DNA from: Macrostomum lignano
Lineage: Eukaryota
Direction: 5' to 3'
Length of the DNA: 64,000 nt
Assembly (NCBI GenBank): GCA_002269645.1
Contig: NIVC01002990.1
Location: 62,933 to 126,932, forward strand
Positions within the stretch are counted from its first letter, which is position 1. Every line of letters begins with the position of its first letter. The notes under the pieces were generated by a model that was not told the origin of the DNA, did no database searches, and saw nothing but the letters and a program-made list of their open reading frames with translations. Positions 1 to 13,400 of this stretch are shown one piece after another. The translations under genes were made by a program, and so were the position numbers.

Positions 1-241
1 AATGTAGCTGGCATCCTCAATGTAGCTGGCATCCTCTCTGTAGCTGGCATCTCCTCTGTAGCTGGCATCTCCTCTGTAGCTGGCATCTCCTCTATAGCTG
101 GCATCCCCTCTGTAGCTGGCATCCTCTCTGTAGCTGGCATCCTCAATGTAGCTGGCATCCTCAATGTAGCTGGCATCCTCTCTGTAGTTGGCATCCTCAA
201 TGTAGCTGGCATCCTCAATGTAGCTGGCATCCTCTCTGTAG
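1..241. repeat. 18-bp minisatellite (TGTAGCTGGCATCCTCAA / ...CTCTC), truncated by window start
   Basis: Directly visible tandem copies with 18-bp period. Confidence 0.95.
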
Positions 242-1802
242 TGAAACGAAAAATTATATGGCTTTTTCCCATATTATAATCGTTTCCTTCTGCCAACAGT
301 TCAGGAAAACAACGAACGATGGACCTGATGGTAACTTTCTCTGTGTGATCTCTAGAGTCACATTCTCAAACTTCAGGCGAGGATCTTTCCTCTTCAATCA
401 GTATATTTTATAAGCTAGCACACTGTACGCGAGCAACGAGGAATAGGAGCAGTAGGGAGAGAGAGTGGGATTTCGAGGCCCAATAGGCAGTGTCGGTCAG
501 AGGTTGTGCATGCATCACGCGAGGGTCGCATGGCTGGGCTTCTTGCTCGCCGATCATCAGGACTATTTTTAGGCATGCAGATCTTGTGCATCTGGGGAGT
601 TGCTGCCAAGGCTGGATGCTTGTTCACGCATCACGCGCGTGTCGGCTGATTTCTCCCATCCTCTTGCTAACGGCGCTTTCGCTTCACTTCAGTCGCTCTT
701 TTTTCAGGGAAGCGAGGCCCTCCGAGCTCTGTTGAAAATAAGCTTGGAGCAATGATGACATGGCGTACAGTTGTGCATTTGCTTGCGATACGCAGTCCCA
801 CTTGGTAACTTGCAATTGAGTTGATGTTGTTGAAACACGAAATTTGGTCAAGGGGCAAAGTGAACTTGTGACAACAGTGGATGAATTGTACCAGCATATC
901 CTCCTGACTATTTAATCAGATCTGAGAGGGGGATTGACGTGAACTCGGAAACTCAACAAATTGAATGGGCTTTTCATGCCCTAAACAGTGACGCAAATAG
1001 GACTGGACACGGAGACTCGACAAATTGAAACAGCGTCTGGTAGACAGTCAGATCGGGATGCTGGCTGAAGGTACATTGCAGTTAAATAGGACGTCGAAAA
1101 ATACCGTCTTGACCAAATTGATTGTGTAGATCTCTCAACGAGAGTTTCTTCTTGGAAGGGTAAACTGCGTCGCTTCTTGATCTTCGTCCATTGGTCTTAT
1201 CTAGTTCGAAGTTTTCCTTTACTGAAGGAAGGAAAGTCTCAGTTCTCGATTTACTCGGATGGCTGTTGAAGACATGCAGCAGAGCGATAACTGCATGGGG
1301 TATCTGAGACTTCTGTCTAGCGGCGACTCACGCGGTCAGTGGAACCAATTGAAACGACAATTTATATGGGTTTTTCCCATATTATTATCGTTTCCTTCTG
1401 CCAACAGTTCAGGAAGACAACGAACAATGGACTTCGATGGTAACTTTCTCTTTGTGATCTCTAGAGTCACATTCTCAAACTTCAGGCGAGGATCTTTCCT
1501 CTTCAATCAGTATATTTTATAAGCTAGCACACTGTACGCGAGCAACGAGGAATAGGAGCAGTAGGGAGAGAGAGTGGGATTTCGAGGCCCAATAGGCAGT
1601 GTCGGTCAGAGGTTGTGCATGCATCACGCGAGGGTCGCATGGCTGGGCTTCTTGCTCGCCGATCATCAGGACTATTTTTAGGCATGCAGATCTTGTGCAT
1701 CTGGGGAGTTGCTGCCAAGGCTGGATGCTTGTTCACGCATCACGCGCGTGTCGGCTGATTTCTCCCATCCTCTTGCTAACGGCGCTTTCGCTTCACTTCA
1801 GT
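242..1802. repeat. 1.4 tandem copies of a ~1109-bp unit (direct repeats 242-693 and 1350-1802) embedded in the 18-bp minisatellite
   Basis: ORFs 415-627 and 1524-1736 translate identically (offset 1109). Nucleotide identity runs to ...CTTCACTTCAGT in both copies. Confidence 0.9.
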
Positions 1803-2262
1803 AGCTGGCATCCTCAATGTAGCTGGCATCCTCAATGTAGCTGGCATCCTCTCTGTAGTTGGCATCCTCAATGTAGCTGGCATCCTCAATGTAGCTGGCA
1901 TCCTCTCTGTAGCTGGCATCCACTCTGTAGCTGGCATCCACTCTGTAGCTGGCATCCACTCTGTAGATGGCATCCACTCTGTAGCTGGCATCCACTCTGT
2001 AGCTGGCATCTCCTCTGTAGCTGGCACCCCTCTGTAGCTGGCATCCACTCTGTAGCTGGCATCTCCTCTGTAGCTGGCACCCCTCTGTAGCTGGCATCCA
2101 CTCTGTAGCCGGCATCCTCAATGTAGCTGGCATCCCCTCTGTAGCTGGCATCCACTCTGTAGCTGGCATCCCCTCTGTAGCTGGCATCCACTCTGTAGCT
2201 GGCATCCCCTCTGTAGCTGGCATCCACTCTGTAGCTGGCATCCCCTCTGTAGCTGGCATCCC
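1801..2262. repeat. 18-bp minisatellite, same family as 1-241
   Basis: Tandem GTAGCTGGCATCC(A/C/T)CTCT units; this is the source of the spurious SWHPLC/MPATE ORFs. Confidence 0.95.
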
Positions 2263-3624
2263 TTTGATGATATTGAAAGCGGGCAAAAAACTTCCACGAT
2301 CAAAGCATGCTGGTCGCGGGTGCAAGTGCACTCGGATTCATGAAGTTATGTTTGAATGCCGAATCTGAGAAGCCAACAAGGATTCAACTTTCTGACTTAT
2401 TTTCAAATGTTTCCTCCAATCAGCAGTTCGAAAAAAATAAATATTTTTAGCTTGTTGAAGCAACGGAAATCGATGGCTTCCGGTCTACAATCGAGCGGAC
2501 GCATTGCGAATGGAAATAAAGCAGGTTTATTTCGGTCCTGGCATTCTGTGAAACGAGTGGCACAAACCGGAAATTGGTAATTATCAATGTCCTAGTTCAA
2601 TCCGAGTTGTGTTGAGGATAATGTATATCTAGCTGTCACGTCCTGCCCAGCAATACGTGTACCTGCTGCATGATCTGCTCCGATTATTAAAAGCAATTTT
2701 TATGGTTGATTTCCAATCGGCAGTTATGTTAACGACTTTTACCCGAAATAATTAATACTACTGCTATCGTTAACAAGTAGCGACTAAAGTATTTATTTGT
2801 TTTCTTATTTGTCTGACAGCAACCTAACTAACAGCAAAAGATTGACGAGTGGCTTGAAACCAGATTGGGCCACCTAGAAGCCTGGCACCCTGCCAATGGG
2901 ACCTACCAAGCAGAGCAGGGGGTCAGCGGCATGAGGGCCAACCGCCAAGGCACTGCAGAGAGTGCACAATGCCTGACGATTAGAAAGTCAGGGCTGCTGT
3001 TCACCCTGTGTGATCGTGAGTATGAGTGCTGTGCCTGCAGTTTTGGCGCTCTTGTATATTTAGGAGTCAGCGTTGGGTGTGGGATGGTATTGGAGCAGCC
3101 CCTCCTGCAATTACTGTAATTGCTATCATTACTAAGTTTTGTAACTGATTAATGATTGTCAACACAAGAGGTTACAAAAATGGTCAGCAATGTTCTCCAG
3201 CCGCGAGAGGCCGGGAGTAGTGGATAAAAATGATTAAAAACTATTAAAATTTCGGGGGTTGCTGGGAAGAGTAAAATCGCTTTGCACAACCAGAAAGCGG
3301 AAGTGCGGACCAGTTTCAGGTTTGGAATTTATCAGTGCAAGTGGCGTTTATCGCTCGGGAAATTCCGTTCTTTATTGGCTTTGCTAAGATTATAAAAAAT
3401 GCAGCCGTGTTCTGTGACCAGGGAATATCGCCCCTCTTCACCGCTTAGATTCAGGGCTCAGAAAAATAACTGTTTTTTTCTGATAGCTCAAAGCAACAAG
3501 AGAAGATACGACCTATTTAGAAAGTATTCTTAGAGAAATCTTGGATCTTGAATTCTGAAAAAGTATTCACTCAAAGTTCTTAAAAATGTACATAATCTCC
3601 ACTCAGAATTCCTACAGATGTGCA

Positions 3625-3995
3625 CACTCTTCCCCTGAAGTAGGATATTGGTCCATGAAATATACCAAGAAAGCAGTTTGTTTCCCATGGATCAGTGTCC
3701 TTATAGTAGCCTAAAACAATGTTCACTGAAATCCTATCGCATTGTCTGTACACCGTATAGGTATATTAATTAGTCCAGTACTAGCTGGCTGTTATAGTTA
3801 GTATTTACTTCACACTAGGGCCTCTGAATTGAATATTTATAGTAAAATTCAGACATGGATATGCAGTTAAATACTTCAATAGATTCAATCCATTTGCACC
3901 TGCATATATCAACACTTGCACCTGTGTAATAACTACCTTTATATGCACCTTGACACCTTTAATTTTTTCTACCGAAAGTACTGCGAAAAAATCCA
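3625..3995 (+). repeat. Left terminal inverted repeat of Chapaev-like element
   Basis: Reverse complement of 6596-6965. Confidence 0.92.
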
Positions 3996-4245
3996 CAGTG
4001 ATTGAAAGTGATATAATAAGTAAGTCTAAAAAGTTGCTTGTATTCTGAATGTATACGAAAGATGTTGCTGAATAGAACATTGTTTAGAAATAGAAACCAG
4101 AAATAGAACCATACAAAAGACAATACAATACAAAGAACCATACAATACAACTAAAACAGACTAGCAACTCACTATTGAAGAAACAAATAAATCAGGCAAG
4201 GTCAGTCAGTTTATGTCCAGTTGATCAAACCATAACGTTAGAAGT

Positions 4246-6308
4246 TCAAATATGAAACGAATTATAGTTCACAACAGCCTGAAGAAGGTTTGCGGCATAC
4301 TGTGGATGATTGAAAGGGCGCCGATATCTTTGCCAGGTGGCCTCGAAATCACTGTGAGCTGACTCCACTGTCTGCTCACTAAAGCTCCCCAATGCCTTGC
4401 CAGACTTTGAACAGAATGTTGGCACATGGTGGAATAGTGCATGCATCTTGGGTGTCACATTTAGCTGGAGGAACTGGCATGTCGTCTGAAATCGAGCAAT
4501 ATGCAAAGCAAAGTCATTGGCAAGAGTTTGGCCAAAGCAGGCTAGCCGAATTGCATTGAAATCCTGAAGTGCAACGGCAAACATTTTCAGGTGCGCAGGT
4601 AAAATGTTCCATAGCTCGCCAGCCTTTAGAAGCAGCTTCTTGCATGCTGGACCTTCCAAGCAACCTCCATGATACTGCTGACGACAGATCCCTGCTCCAT
4701 GGGCCCACTTGTAGGCCATATCATTGCCCCATCGGTTGTTGAGCTCATCCAGCAAACGGTTCACAATGCCAAGCATAATGTGCAGCTCAGGTGGTGGCAC
4801 CAACTCAATCAGTTCAGTGGAATCCAGTCCAGGCAGCAGTGGAGACTGAACACAGTTGGCAAAGTGTTTGGCAGCAGGCTGATGTCCGCCGGCCAACTGA
4901 AACTCGTTTGCCAGCCGCCTCACTGAGCCAAGTGTTCTGCTTGGTGCTGGAGTGGTCCATGGAGACTTGCCCTCGCAGTAAAGGCAAGGATGCGTCGAAG
5001 CATGGCTTTGAATGCCACAGATGATGTTGGCTAGCTTGAAGTCACAGGCCAAAGTGAATAGGAAGGAACTGATGTCCATGGTGGATAATAGAGTTTTGAC
5101 ATTCTCGTAACACTCTTTGACATCCTCTACAATGGCCAGGACGAAAAGCTTTTTAACCCCGAGTTGAGAAATCTATTGGATGGCCCAGGCATTGAAGCTT
5201 GTGCCAGGAGCCCATCACTATCAGTAACGCTGATGCAAATCTTCAATGAATTCCCTCCACCATCAATTCCAAGCTTGAGATGATGTTCCATCTCAGCCAT
5301 GCCTCTCAAACTGCAAACATAAGCCAAGAACTCACTCACATTGCAACAGAACACAGCTGAACGATCAATTGAAATTACTTGCCCAGATGGTTGCTTGCAG
5401 ATGAACTGGAGCTGCTCCACAGCAAAGAAATGAGCGACACTCTGGCCTTCAGAAAACAGGAACTCCTTCAATCCAGGTTGAATTGCTTTTCTGTTGCCAG
5501 ACGCCTCTCTTATCACTTGCGCAGCTTGAATGGTCTGGTTGGTGCTTAGGTTCAAGGCAGTTTTCATGGCCCTCATTGTGCTGTGCAACATTTGTGGGAC
5601 ATGGCTGGTTGATGTGTCAACAGCTTGGACTTGGATTGGATGCCCACCGAAACCAGAAGACAGACTAGCTGTTGCAGCATCTCCGGAAGAAGACACGTCT
5701 GCTGCGTTTAGTTTTTCGCGGAGAAAACTGCAGGCTACATGCTCCATTGAACTTGGACTCAAGGTGCTGAGGTAGCGCAGCTTCGCGGCTTGTCCGCATT
5801 CATGTCGCACTCCCCGCGCCACTGGTGACGAGCATGTGCCGCAATGTTTGACGCTGTCTTTCACGGATCCAGGTGCACAGTTCAGAGGACGGCCAAGTGG
5901 AGTTGCTACCCCTGAATTGAACTCCTCTGACATGTAGGGGTGCGCTACATTCACGTTCTTGTTAGCCCTGCTGGAGGCGACATTGCAGATCCAGCAGCTG
6001 CACTCAGGACGTTCACGAGTGAGTGGTGGAAGGTAGTGCAGATCATCTATTACTTTTTCGTATGGCAAGCGAGGCGGAAGAGGTGCTGGTGCTGCACTGT
6101 TCTGCGATGACAACTTGATCCGGCAGGAGTTGCAGATACCTGACGGCAGAAATTCTCGGTGTTGAGCAAATCCAGGCAGGACATAGCACTCGATTAAGGC
6201 TTCCAGACTTACAGTCAATTGTCGGTCACCCTTGCGAAAGCATAAAATGCACACACTGTTTCGACTTTCTTCGTGTGTTCGCCTACTGTTAGGCATTTTG
6301 AGAAGCAA
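4246..6308 (-). CDS. Chapaev/Transib-like DDE transposase, ~687 aa when one 1-bp deletion (C4 at 5157-5160) is corrected
   Basis: N-terminal H-x7-C-x2-C...C-x2-C zinc motif (HEESRNSVCILC...ICNSC); catalytic-type GIDGGG, ACDFK, CLYC, PPELH, HALFHH, SEQTVE. One extra G joins ORFs 5127-6308 and 4246-5079 as NSGVKKLFVLAIVEDVKECYENVK. Confidence 0.85.
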
Positions 6309-6595
6309 TGAAAGCCAAAAAATATAAAGGCATAAATTTCACACTGACAGTCAGCTCATCTCCTCAAGACTTTTGTCTATGGCCAAACCCTCAACACCAG
6401 TGTACATACCAACAAAAACTTGTGAAACAAAATCAAATGTCTATGGAAGAGATCGATTTAAAATGTCCCTTCTCATAAGCCTACCACTGACAAGGCTTGA
6501 AAATCTTGATTGACAAACAAAGTCTGTTGTGCTTTTAGCTTTTTGAAGTGACAGCTGTAGAATATATAGTTTTTACCCCTTGCTCATCTATTATA

Positions 6596-6965
6596 TGGAT
6601 TTTTTCGCAGTACTTACGGTAAAAAAATTAAAGGTGTCAAGGTGCATATAAAGGTAGTTATTACACAGGTGCAAATGTTGATATATGCAGGTGCGAATGG
6701 ATTGAATCTATTGAAGTATTTAACTGCATATCCATGTCTGAATTTTACTATAAATATTCAATTCAGAGGCCCTAGTGTGAAGTAAATACTAACTATAACA
6801 GCCAGCTAGTACTGGACTAATTAATATACCTGTACGGTGTACAGACAATGCGATATGATTTCAGTGAACATTGTTTTAGGCTACTATAAGGACACTGATC
6901 CATGGGAAACAAACTGCTTTCTTGGTATATTTCATGGACCAATATCCTACTTCAGGGGAAGAGTG
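6596..6965 (-). repeat. Right terminal inverted repeat of Chapaev-like element
   Basis: Reverse complement of 3625-3995. Confidence 0.92.
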
Positions 6966-7040
6966 TGCACAGTCTTCATTAAAAAATTTTTAGAAATGTA
7001 AATTACTCGGAATTCTTAGAAATGCACAATGCTCGGAATT

Positions 7041-7236
7041 CTAAGAAATGTACATAATCTTCACTCCAACTTCTTAAAAATGTACATAATCTTCACTCCA
7101 ACTTCTTAAAAATGTACATGATCTTCACTCCAACTTCTTAAAAATGTACATAATCTTCACTCTAAATTCTTGAAAATGTACATGATCTTCACTCTAAATT
7201 CTTGAAAATGTACATGATCTTCACTCTAAATTCTTA
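7041..7236. repeat. 32-bp minisatellite (CTTAAAAATGTACATAATCTTCACTCCAACTT); degenerate copies extend to ~3560-3620 and ~7300
   Basis: TGTACAT recurs at 7049, 7081 and 7113; similar units flank both ends of the transposon. Confidence 0.85.
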
Positions 7237-10200
7237 GTTTAAATTACTCAGAGTTCTAAGAGAAATTTACTTAATCTTCACTATGCTTTCTCAGAAATAT
7301 AGAAATCCTCACTAAGCATACCAAGCTTTAGCTAAATAAGGAACGGCAAAACTCAATACATTCAAATCAATTAAGAATTTGCCAGCTCAGCAATGTCTGC
7401 TTGAAATTTAAACCCCCCCCCCTACCCAGAAACCCTGCAATATCACCGAAGCAGTCGCTATGCCAGTCCTTCAAACGCTTGTTTATTAAGGTTCTTTCTG
7501 GGAGAGCCTGCAGTGACGCAGCGAAGTGTTTAGTAGGTCAAGCTGTCTGCGGCAGGGCACAATAGCGACCAGCACCAGCTCCGTATTCCAATAGCCCCAA
7601 CTCCACGCGCTTAGCTCAGATAGAATAATCAATGGCATCCCCTCTTGCTTTTGTATTTTATTCAAAACTTCTCTTCGAGCGAGGTTGGGCAGGGGTGGGG
7701 GCCGCGCAGCCGGCTTCTCAAGTCTTAAAAAAAAACAAAATTGACAATTGCGGAGGTGGAACCCACTCGGCTGCCTCACAGAGCTGGCCCGCCAACTTTC
7801 AGCTGCCCTCAGCTGCAGTTTTTTTATGGCCCCCCCCCTTAGCCCTGACTGTCTCACTGGCTTTCTGTCTGTTTAAAGACTTCAATTCAAGGAGGTGGTG
7901 CAGCAGCGGCGATCGGGTGCCTCGACGCCTGAAATCGGCTTCCCTGTACATAGAGAATAACGCTAGAGTGACTTGGTAGCTCCTGGCTATAAAACTGATG
8001 CGGGCTTGTGAGCTTTAACTCCGCGCTATTGTGTATGAGTTGCTAATTTCATACACAGCTGGCTGGCTGGCAGGTCACATGACTTTGAATCTCACCCAGC
8101 TCCCGCGCTCAATATTAGCTTGTGTTGACCAATGCAAATACTATATGATAGTAAAATGACTTGTCATAACTATATTGCGTGGCAACATAAACTATCTTAT
8201 GCCAGGTTAGCGTAAACTGTATATCTCTGATTGAACTGGCTGATTTTACTTACGTATTTGTCAAATTGCAGTTGCGGACAATTGTTTATGCTTCACAAGC
8301 CTAACACAGGTTATACTCGTAGTCATTGACGCTATCGCGGTAACAACTATTTATCGTTTTGCTTATGACAGAGGCCAAGGAAACCCCCCGGCTGGTGCTG
8401 CAAGCTCTGGCATAAGCCGGAAGCCGTCAGCGAACTGTTTGTGTCATTGGCAGCGGATCAACGCGCTGAAAAGCATTTTGTAGTTTAAATTTGTTAAAAT
8501 TCTGAAAACATGCATAGATGAATATCTGTTTCAAGTAAATACAGGGTCAGTTTTAGTGTCAATGAACTGTTTCAAACTTCAAACTGCTAACATTTTAAGT
8601 CTTGGCCTGTTGCACTTTAACAATTTGCCGTTAACAAGCGAAGCAACTCCGACAGGCGCTGGCAAGGCATGACAATGGCCGGGGCGCCGCTGCTGACGGC
8701 TCACGGTTCAAGAATGGCTGCAGCCACTCACTTTATTTTTAAAGCAAGACAACCCAAGGCGACGCACCTGTTTTGTCTCACATTATGCATCACCCCATGT
8801 CATTATAAATGAGTTTTTTGTCTTGTCAAACACATCGCTTTCGGGCCGGAGTTCTATGCGCTGTTGGAGCTGACAGAGTTACCCAGCCCCGGCATCATTT
8901 GTCTCTCATACCCCAGTTAGCTCTATTTGCTCAGAGCCCCCTCTTGTCCGGGGTGGAAGGCAAATTATTGATGAAGAAAAATTCCAACTAAAAAATTGTG
9001 AAATTCTCTGATGATGCAGAAACACGGCAGAAGGAGCTAATGAATGAATAAGCAAGGCCCTGCGGAATGCCAGGCAAAGTCTCTAAGCAGAAGGCGGTAA
9101 TTTCATACCCCAATTTAAAAACGTTGCAAACTAAGGCTGGGAAAGTTCATGGATTTAAAAAATGGATCGATTTGTTTTTAACATTTTCAAACATTGTTGC
9201 CAATATAGCAGACTTCAGTTTTGTTGATATTGACAGAGTGCAGAAATTGCCAGCAGATTTTGCTTTTAAGCATCTCTTTCTATTCTTTGACTGTGATGTT
9301 TTTTCCTTAAGAAATCAAATATTGACAGCCGGTACCAGATTAGCACCCATGCCCAGTCATCCATTTGTCGATCAAGCCCCAGACTCTGATGATGGCAGAT
9401 TTCTCTGGCGCAGTCCCTCTGTTTGCCAGAGGCCAGGGACACATAATGCACACTGGCTCACTGAAAAATTACCGGCGGGGTATCTGTGTTTGCATTCGAC
9501 TAGCAATGTCTGTCTTTTAATGTCACAAATATCTATCACCCCAGTGCCCAGGGATTACAGTTGCTTAAGCACACACTGGGAATAGTACACAAAGTGAAAC
9601 ATTTTCTAGAATCCCAGGCAGAACCTGTTTTGATTGCTGAGTTGAAACAAAAAAATAGAAAACTTCTCTCATCCGGGTTGCAGCGTTGACAGAGACCAGC
9701 AGACTGAGGCAAATTTGCGAAACGGAAGTAAAATGCAACCGACTGCCCGAAGAAACAACATCCCCTCTCCCCCGAGCTAGCTCGTAGAAAATGAAAATAA
9801 AGCCTTCGAGCAGGAAGAAGAGACAAAAATAGTCGAAAACAGACTGACAAGACAGGAAGCGGTTAAATAGAAACGGTGACAATGGCACCGAACAGCTCCA
9901 AGGAAAACTCTGAGCCTAGAAAGCGAGACGCATTCAAAGTTGCTGCAAAACTCCAAAACTGCAGACAAGGCTTGATTGAGTCCAGGCCAGCCAATCTGAT
10001 GAAGACACCACACACACACACCAGAGTCGGCTTCCCGTCATCAGCTGGGCTGAGCGGAGAGAAGGGAGCCACGCAGACCCTGTCCAACTGTTACACGTCA
10101 GATGTGTCCCACCCTTGCCCTGTTGCCTTACCCCCTGCCCTCGCCAATAAGAGACAGCCCAGCGGAAGGTACTGCACTGCTGCTTGCTGCTGCCAGAAGC

Positions 10201-10419
10201 AGCTGAAGGGAGTGGAGGGGATTGAAATACAAATCGCGCGGAGAGGAGAGACAAAAAAAGAAATTTCTCAGCCCCTCCCCGGCAGCTTCTATCGGGGGTC
10301 TCCCTTGAGCGAAGAGTAACATTCATTGCCCAGCGCTAACTAGCTAAGCTCACTTCGCTCCTCTCCAGTGCTTCTCTAAAACTCCCCGCCCACCTGTTGC
10401 GCTGCCCCTTGTAAAAGTC

Positions 10420-13400
10420 ATGTGCCAGGCGGAGAGCGCCAGCTACCAGAGGATGCTGGACAAGAACCAGCAGCAGAATCAACAGCCGCAGCAACAGCGC
10501 AGCTTCGACTCGGATAGCGCGTCAGCTGCCTTAACAGTCGGCGAGGATTCCGACTGCACAACCTCAATGGAAGAAGAGTTCACGGTGGTTGACGAGCTGG
10601 ACACCTGCTCAACGACAGGTGAGTTGCTCTTTTCGTTTCTCTATATTCATTTCTCATCTTGGCGAGAATCGCAATCGAGAATCTCGGTATGCTCCCCATC
10701 AAGAAAGCATTCCGCATTTACTGAGGCATCCCGCGGAGGGAGGCGGTGCCTGCGTTCGACACGACTGAGCGCCGCTGCGCGCTGCGTGACTTCGCTGAAT
10801 TCGCTTTTACGACAATTCAAGCGCGCGCCCACTGGACCGCATCGGAGGGCAATCTCATTTTTTCTCCCTCCTGGCTTGCCGTCTTGACTGGCCCGATGGA
10901 GCCCCCAGAAGTCGCTGTCAGTTGTTGTCTTTAAAGAAAATTTGCACAAGTTTCAGCCGGAGTTGAGGAAGAAATCGATCAACACAAGCAGAAACTGTTG
11001 CAGACATTGTTTGAGAGGAAAAAAAGGCGAATTGCTTCAACAAGGATTTGCTTGAGTCGACACATAGAGAGATCAGGGACACATTTATGACGGTGTTGCA
11101 AGAAGAAGAGTTGAACGCAAGCGCCCGATGGAAAAAACTTTTTTAGTTGAAACACGGCGCCCACAGTTGAAATTTTCAAGTGGATGCCCCCCCGTTGCGG
11201 AAAAGCTCCAGTCATTGTTGCAGGCAGGTAGAAGCAGGTATCGTTTGAGTAGCGTGGCGGAGGCCCCAAATCCTCCGTGGACTTATGAATTATTAAATGA
11301 CCTGATGGATCTGCGCGCATGAGGGCTCAAAAGCGTGGATGGGGGGGGGGTGGCGCCAACCCCCTCAGATGCCAATGCGGGACAACTGCTGCTGAACCGG
11401 AACGGGGTGGGAAAATTAATAGACAATCAAATATGAAATATAAATTGCCCAGCCTAGCAAATGGGAATTGGGGAGGGGAGACATTGATAGGGAGGCCAAG
11501 TTTATTTTTTTAACTGTCAAAATTTTGAGGCTGGAAAAATGATCTCAAAACGCTTAGATATTAGGCATTAAATATTCAAAACTACACAGGCCGCCCACTT
11601 GTAGGCGGATGGGTCCCGTTTTTACAACAGGCATGCAAATTTATTTATTCAAAATTAGAAGAGTAAAGTTGCGCGTCACAACGGGCCGGCTCTCGTAAGG
11701 AGACCAGCTTTTTAAAGTAGATTTTGTACTTTAATTGAATGCCGCCATGTTTGCAGCTATAAATATAAATATAAGAGACGGAGATATAAATAATAGAGAG
11801 ACGGAGAGTAGATTAGAGAGACGCAGAATAGATTAGAGAGACGCAGAATAGATTAGAGAGACCGAGAGTAGATTAGAGAGACACAGTAGATTAGAGAGAT
11901 TCAGAGTAGATTAGAGAGATTCAGAGTAGATTAGAGAGATTCAGAGTAGATTAGTGAGATGGAGAGTAGATTAGAGAGACCGAGAGTAGATTAGAGAGAT
12001 TCAGAGTAGATTAGAGAGATGGAGAGTAGATTAGAGAGACCGAGAGTAGATTAGAGAGACCGAGAGTAGATGAGAGAGACGGATAGTAGATTAAAGAGAC
12101 CGAGAGTAGATTAGAGAGATGGAGAGTAGATTAGAGAGACTCAGAGTAGATTAAAGAGACCGAGAGTAGATGAGACAGACTCAGAGTAGATTAAAGAGAC
12201 CGAGAGTAGATGAGAGAGACCGAGAGTAGATTAAAGAGACCGAGAGTAGATGAGAGAGACGGAGAGTAGATTAGAGAGACCGAGAGTAGATTAAAGAGAC
12301 CGAGAGTAGATTAGAGAGACGGAGAGTAGATTAGAGAGACCGAGAGTAGATTAGAAAGATGGAGAGTAGATTAGAGAGACGCAGAGTAGATTAGAGAGAC
12401 TCAGAGTAGATTAGAGAGACGCAGAGTAGATTAGAGAGACGCAGAGTAGATTAGAGAGACGCAGAGTAGATTAGAGAGACGCAGAGTAGATTAGAGAGAC
12501 CGAGAGTAGATTAGAGAGACGGAGAGTAGATTAAAGAGACCGAGAGTAGATGAGAGAGACGGAGAGTAGATGAAGACAAGAGATCAGTGAGACGCAGCGC
12601 AGATGCGAGTGGGAAAGCACGAGTAGCACTGAGACACTATGCATGCATAGAATACGAACTGAAGCACAAACAGGCACAGGAAAGCAATATATATTCTTGA
12701 ACAAAATGGTCAAACCAAGCATTTCGCGAAATGGTATTCTGGCAGATTTTGACTTGGATCCATCTGTGTGTGGCTGGCCTGGCCTACTGAATAGCTAGGA
12801 ATATCTCAGCGAATTATCTTATACAAAATTTTTATGCTCATATCGGAAGCACCCGCGTTGGTTTACGATTAAAACGGTGCTTCCTCAATGCTCAGTTTTG
12901 TCTAGAATTTCCCACCCAGTCAAGCCGATACGAAGGTAGGCAGAGCGGAAGCATTATCCCATTATTTTGTTTTCCACCCCAGCCCCCACCCGTATCGCCA
13001 TTTCCGGTCAGATGGCTGAGTAGGGGTTTGAGAGAAAGAGAGGCAGCGGAAGTAGGTAGGGGTGAAGACAGCGGCCTAACACGATAAATAAATAACTCCC
13101 TCTTAATTCCTGCTTAATTCCCTCCCGCTCGAACCCCCTCTCCGGTTACTTGCAGCGCCAGCGGTGGACGGGCAGCATCAGCCGGGAGAAGCGGACGAGG
13201 AGACATCCGCCGCAGTAGCGGAAGCGGCGTCAGAGACATCAGGCAAGTCGCCGCCGCGGCAAGCCATGGAGTCCTCGGCCGCCGCGCCATCGAGTTCCCA
13301 GCAGGCGGCCGGCGGCGGCAGGCGGAACAGCAGGAAGAAGCAGCACCCGACGAAGAATCAACAGGCGACGGCGCCGTCAGCCGAGGCGGTGCTGCGCCAG

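Larger units (their letters stand above)
3625..6965 (-). mobile_element. Complete Chapaev-like (CMC; Transib/RAG1-core-related) DNA transposon
   Basis: ~370-bp TIRs (3625-3995 and 6596-6965, about 6 differences by manual comparison) begin 5'-CACTCTTCCCC and are flanked by TGCA at 3621-3624 and 6966-6969. The element contains a single transposase gene. Confidence 0.85.

Noticed and set aside
1599-2331. Repetitive ORFs (SWHPQC, MPATE, DASYR)
   Set aside because: They are translations of the 18-bp minisatellite in all frames.
3994-4032. Perfect RSS heptamer CACAGTG at the inner edge of the left TIR
   Set aside because: There is no ACAAAAACC-like nonamer at 12 or 23 bp and no counterpart at the right TIR; likely chance.
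9008-9023. Minimal hammerhead-like core CTGATGA-TGCA-GAAAC (also CTGATGAG at 20808)
   Set aside because: No compatible stem I/III or NUH cleavage site could be built, and the 20808 hit has no GAAA.
10575-10602. EEFTVVDELD as a matrin/CIZ1-type acidic motif
   Set aside because: The match is short, and there is no RRM or matrin zinc finger elsewhere in the model.
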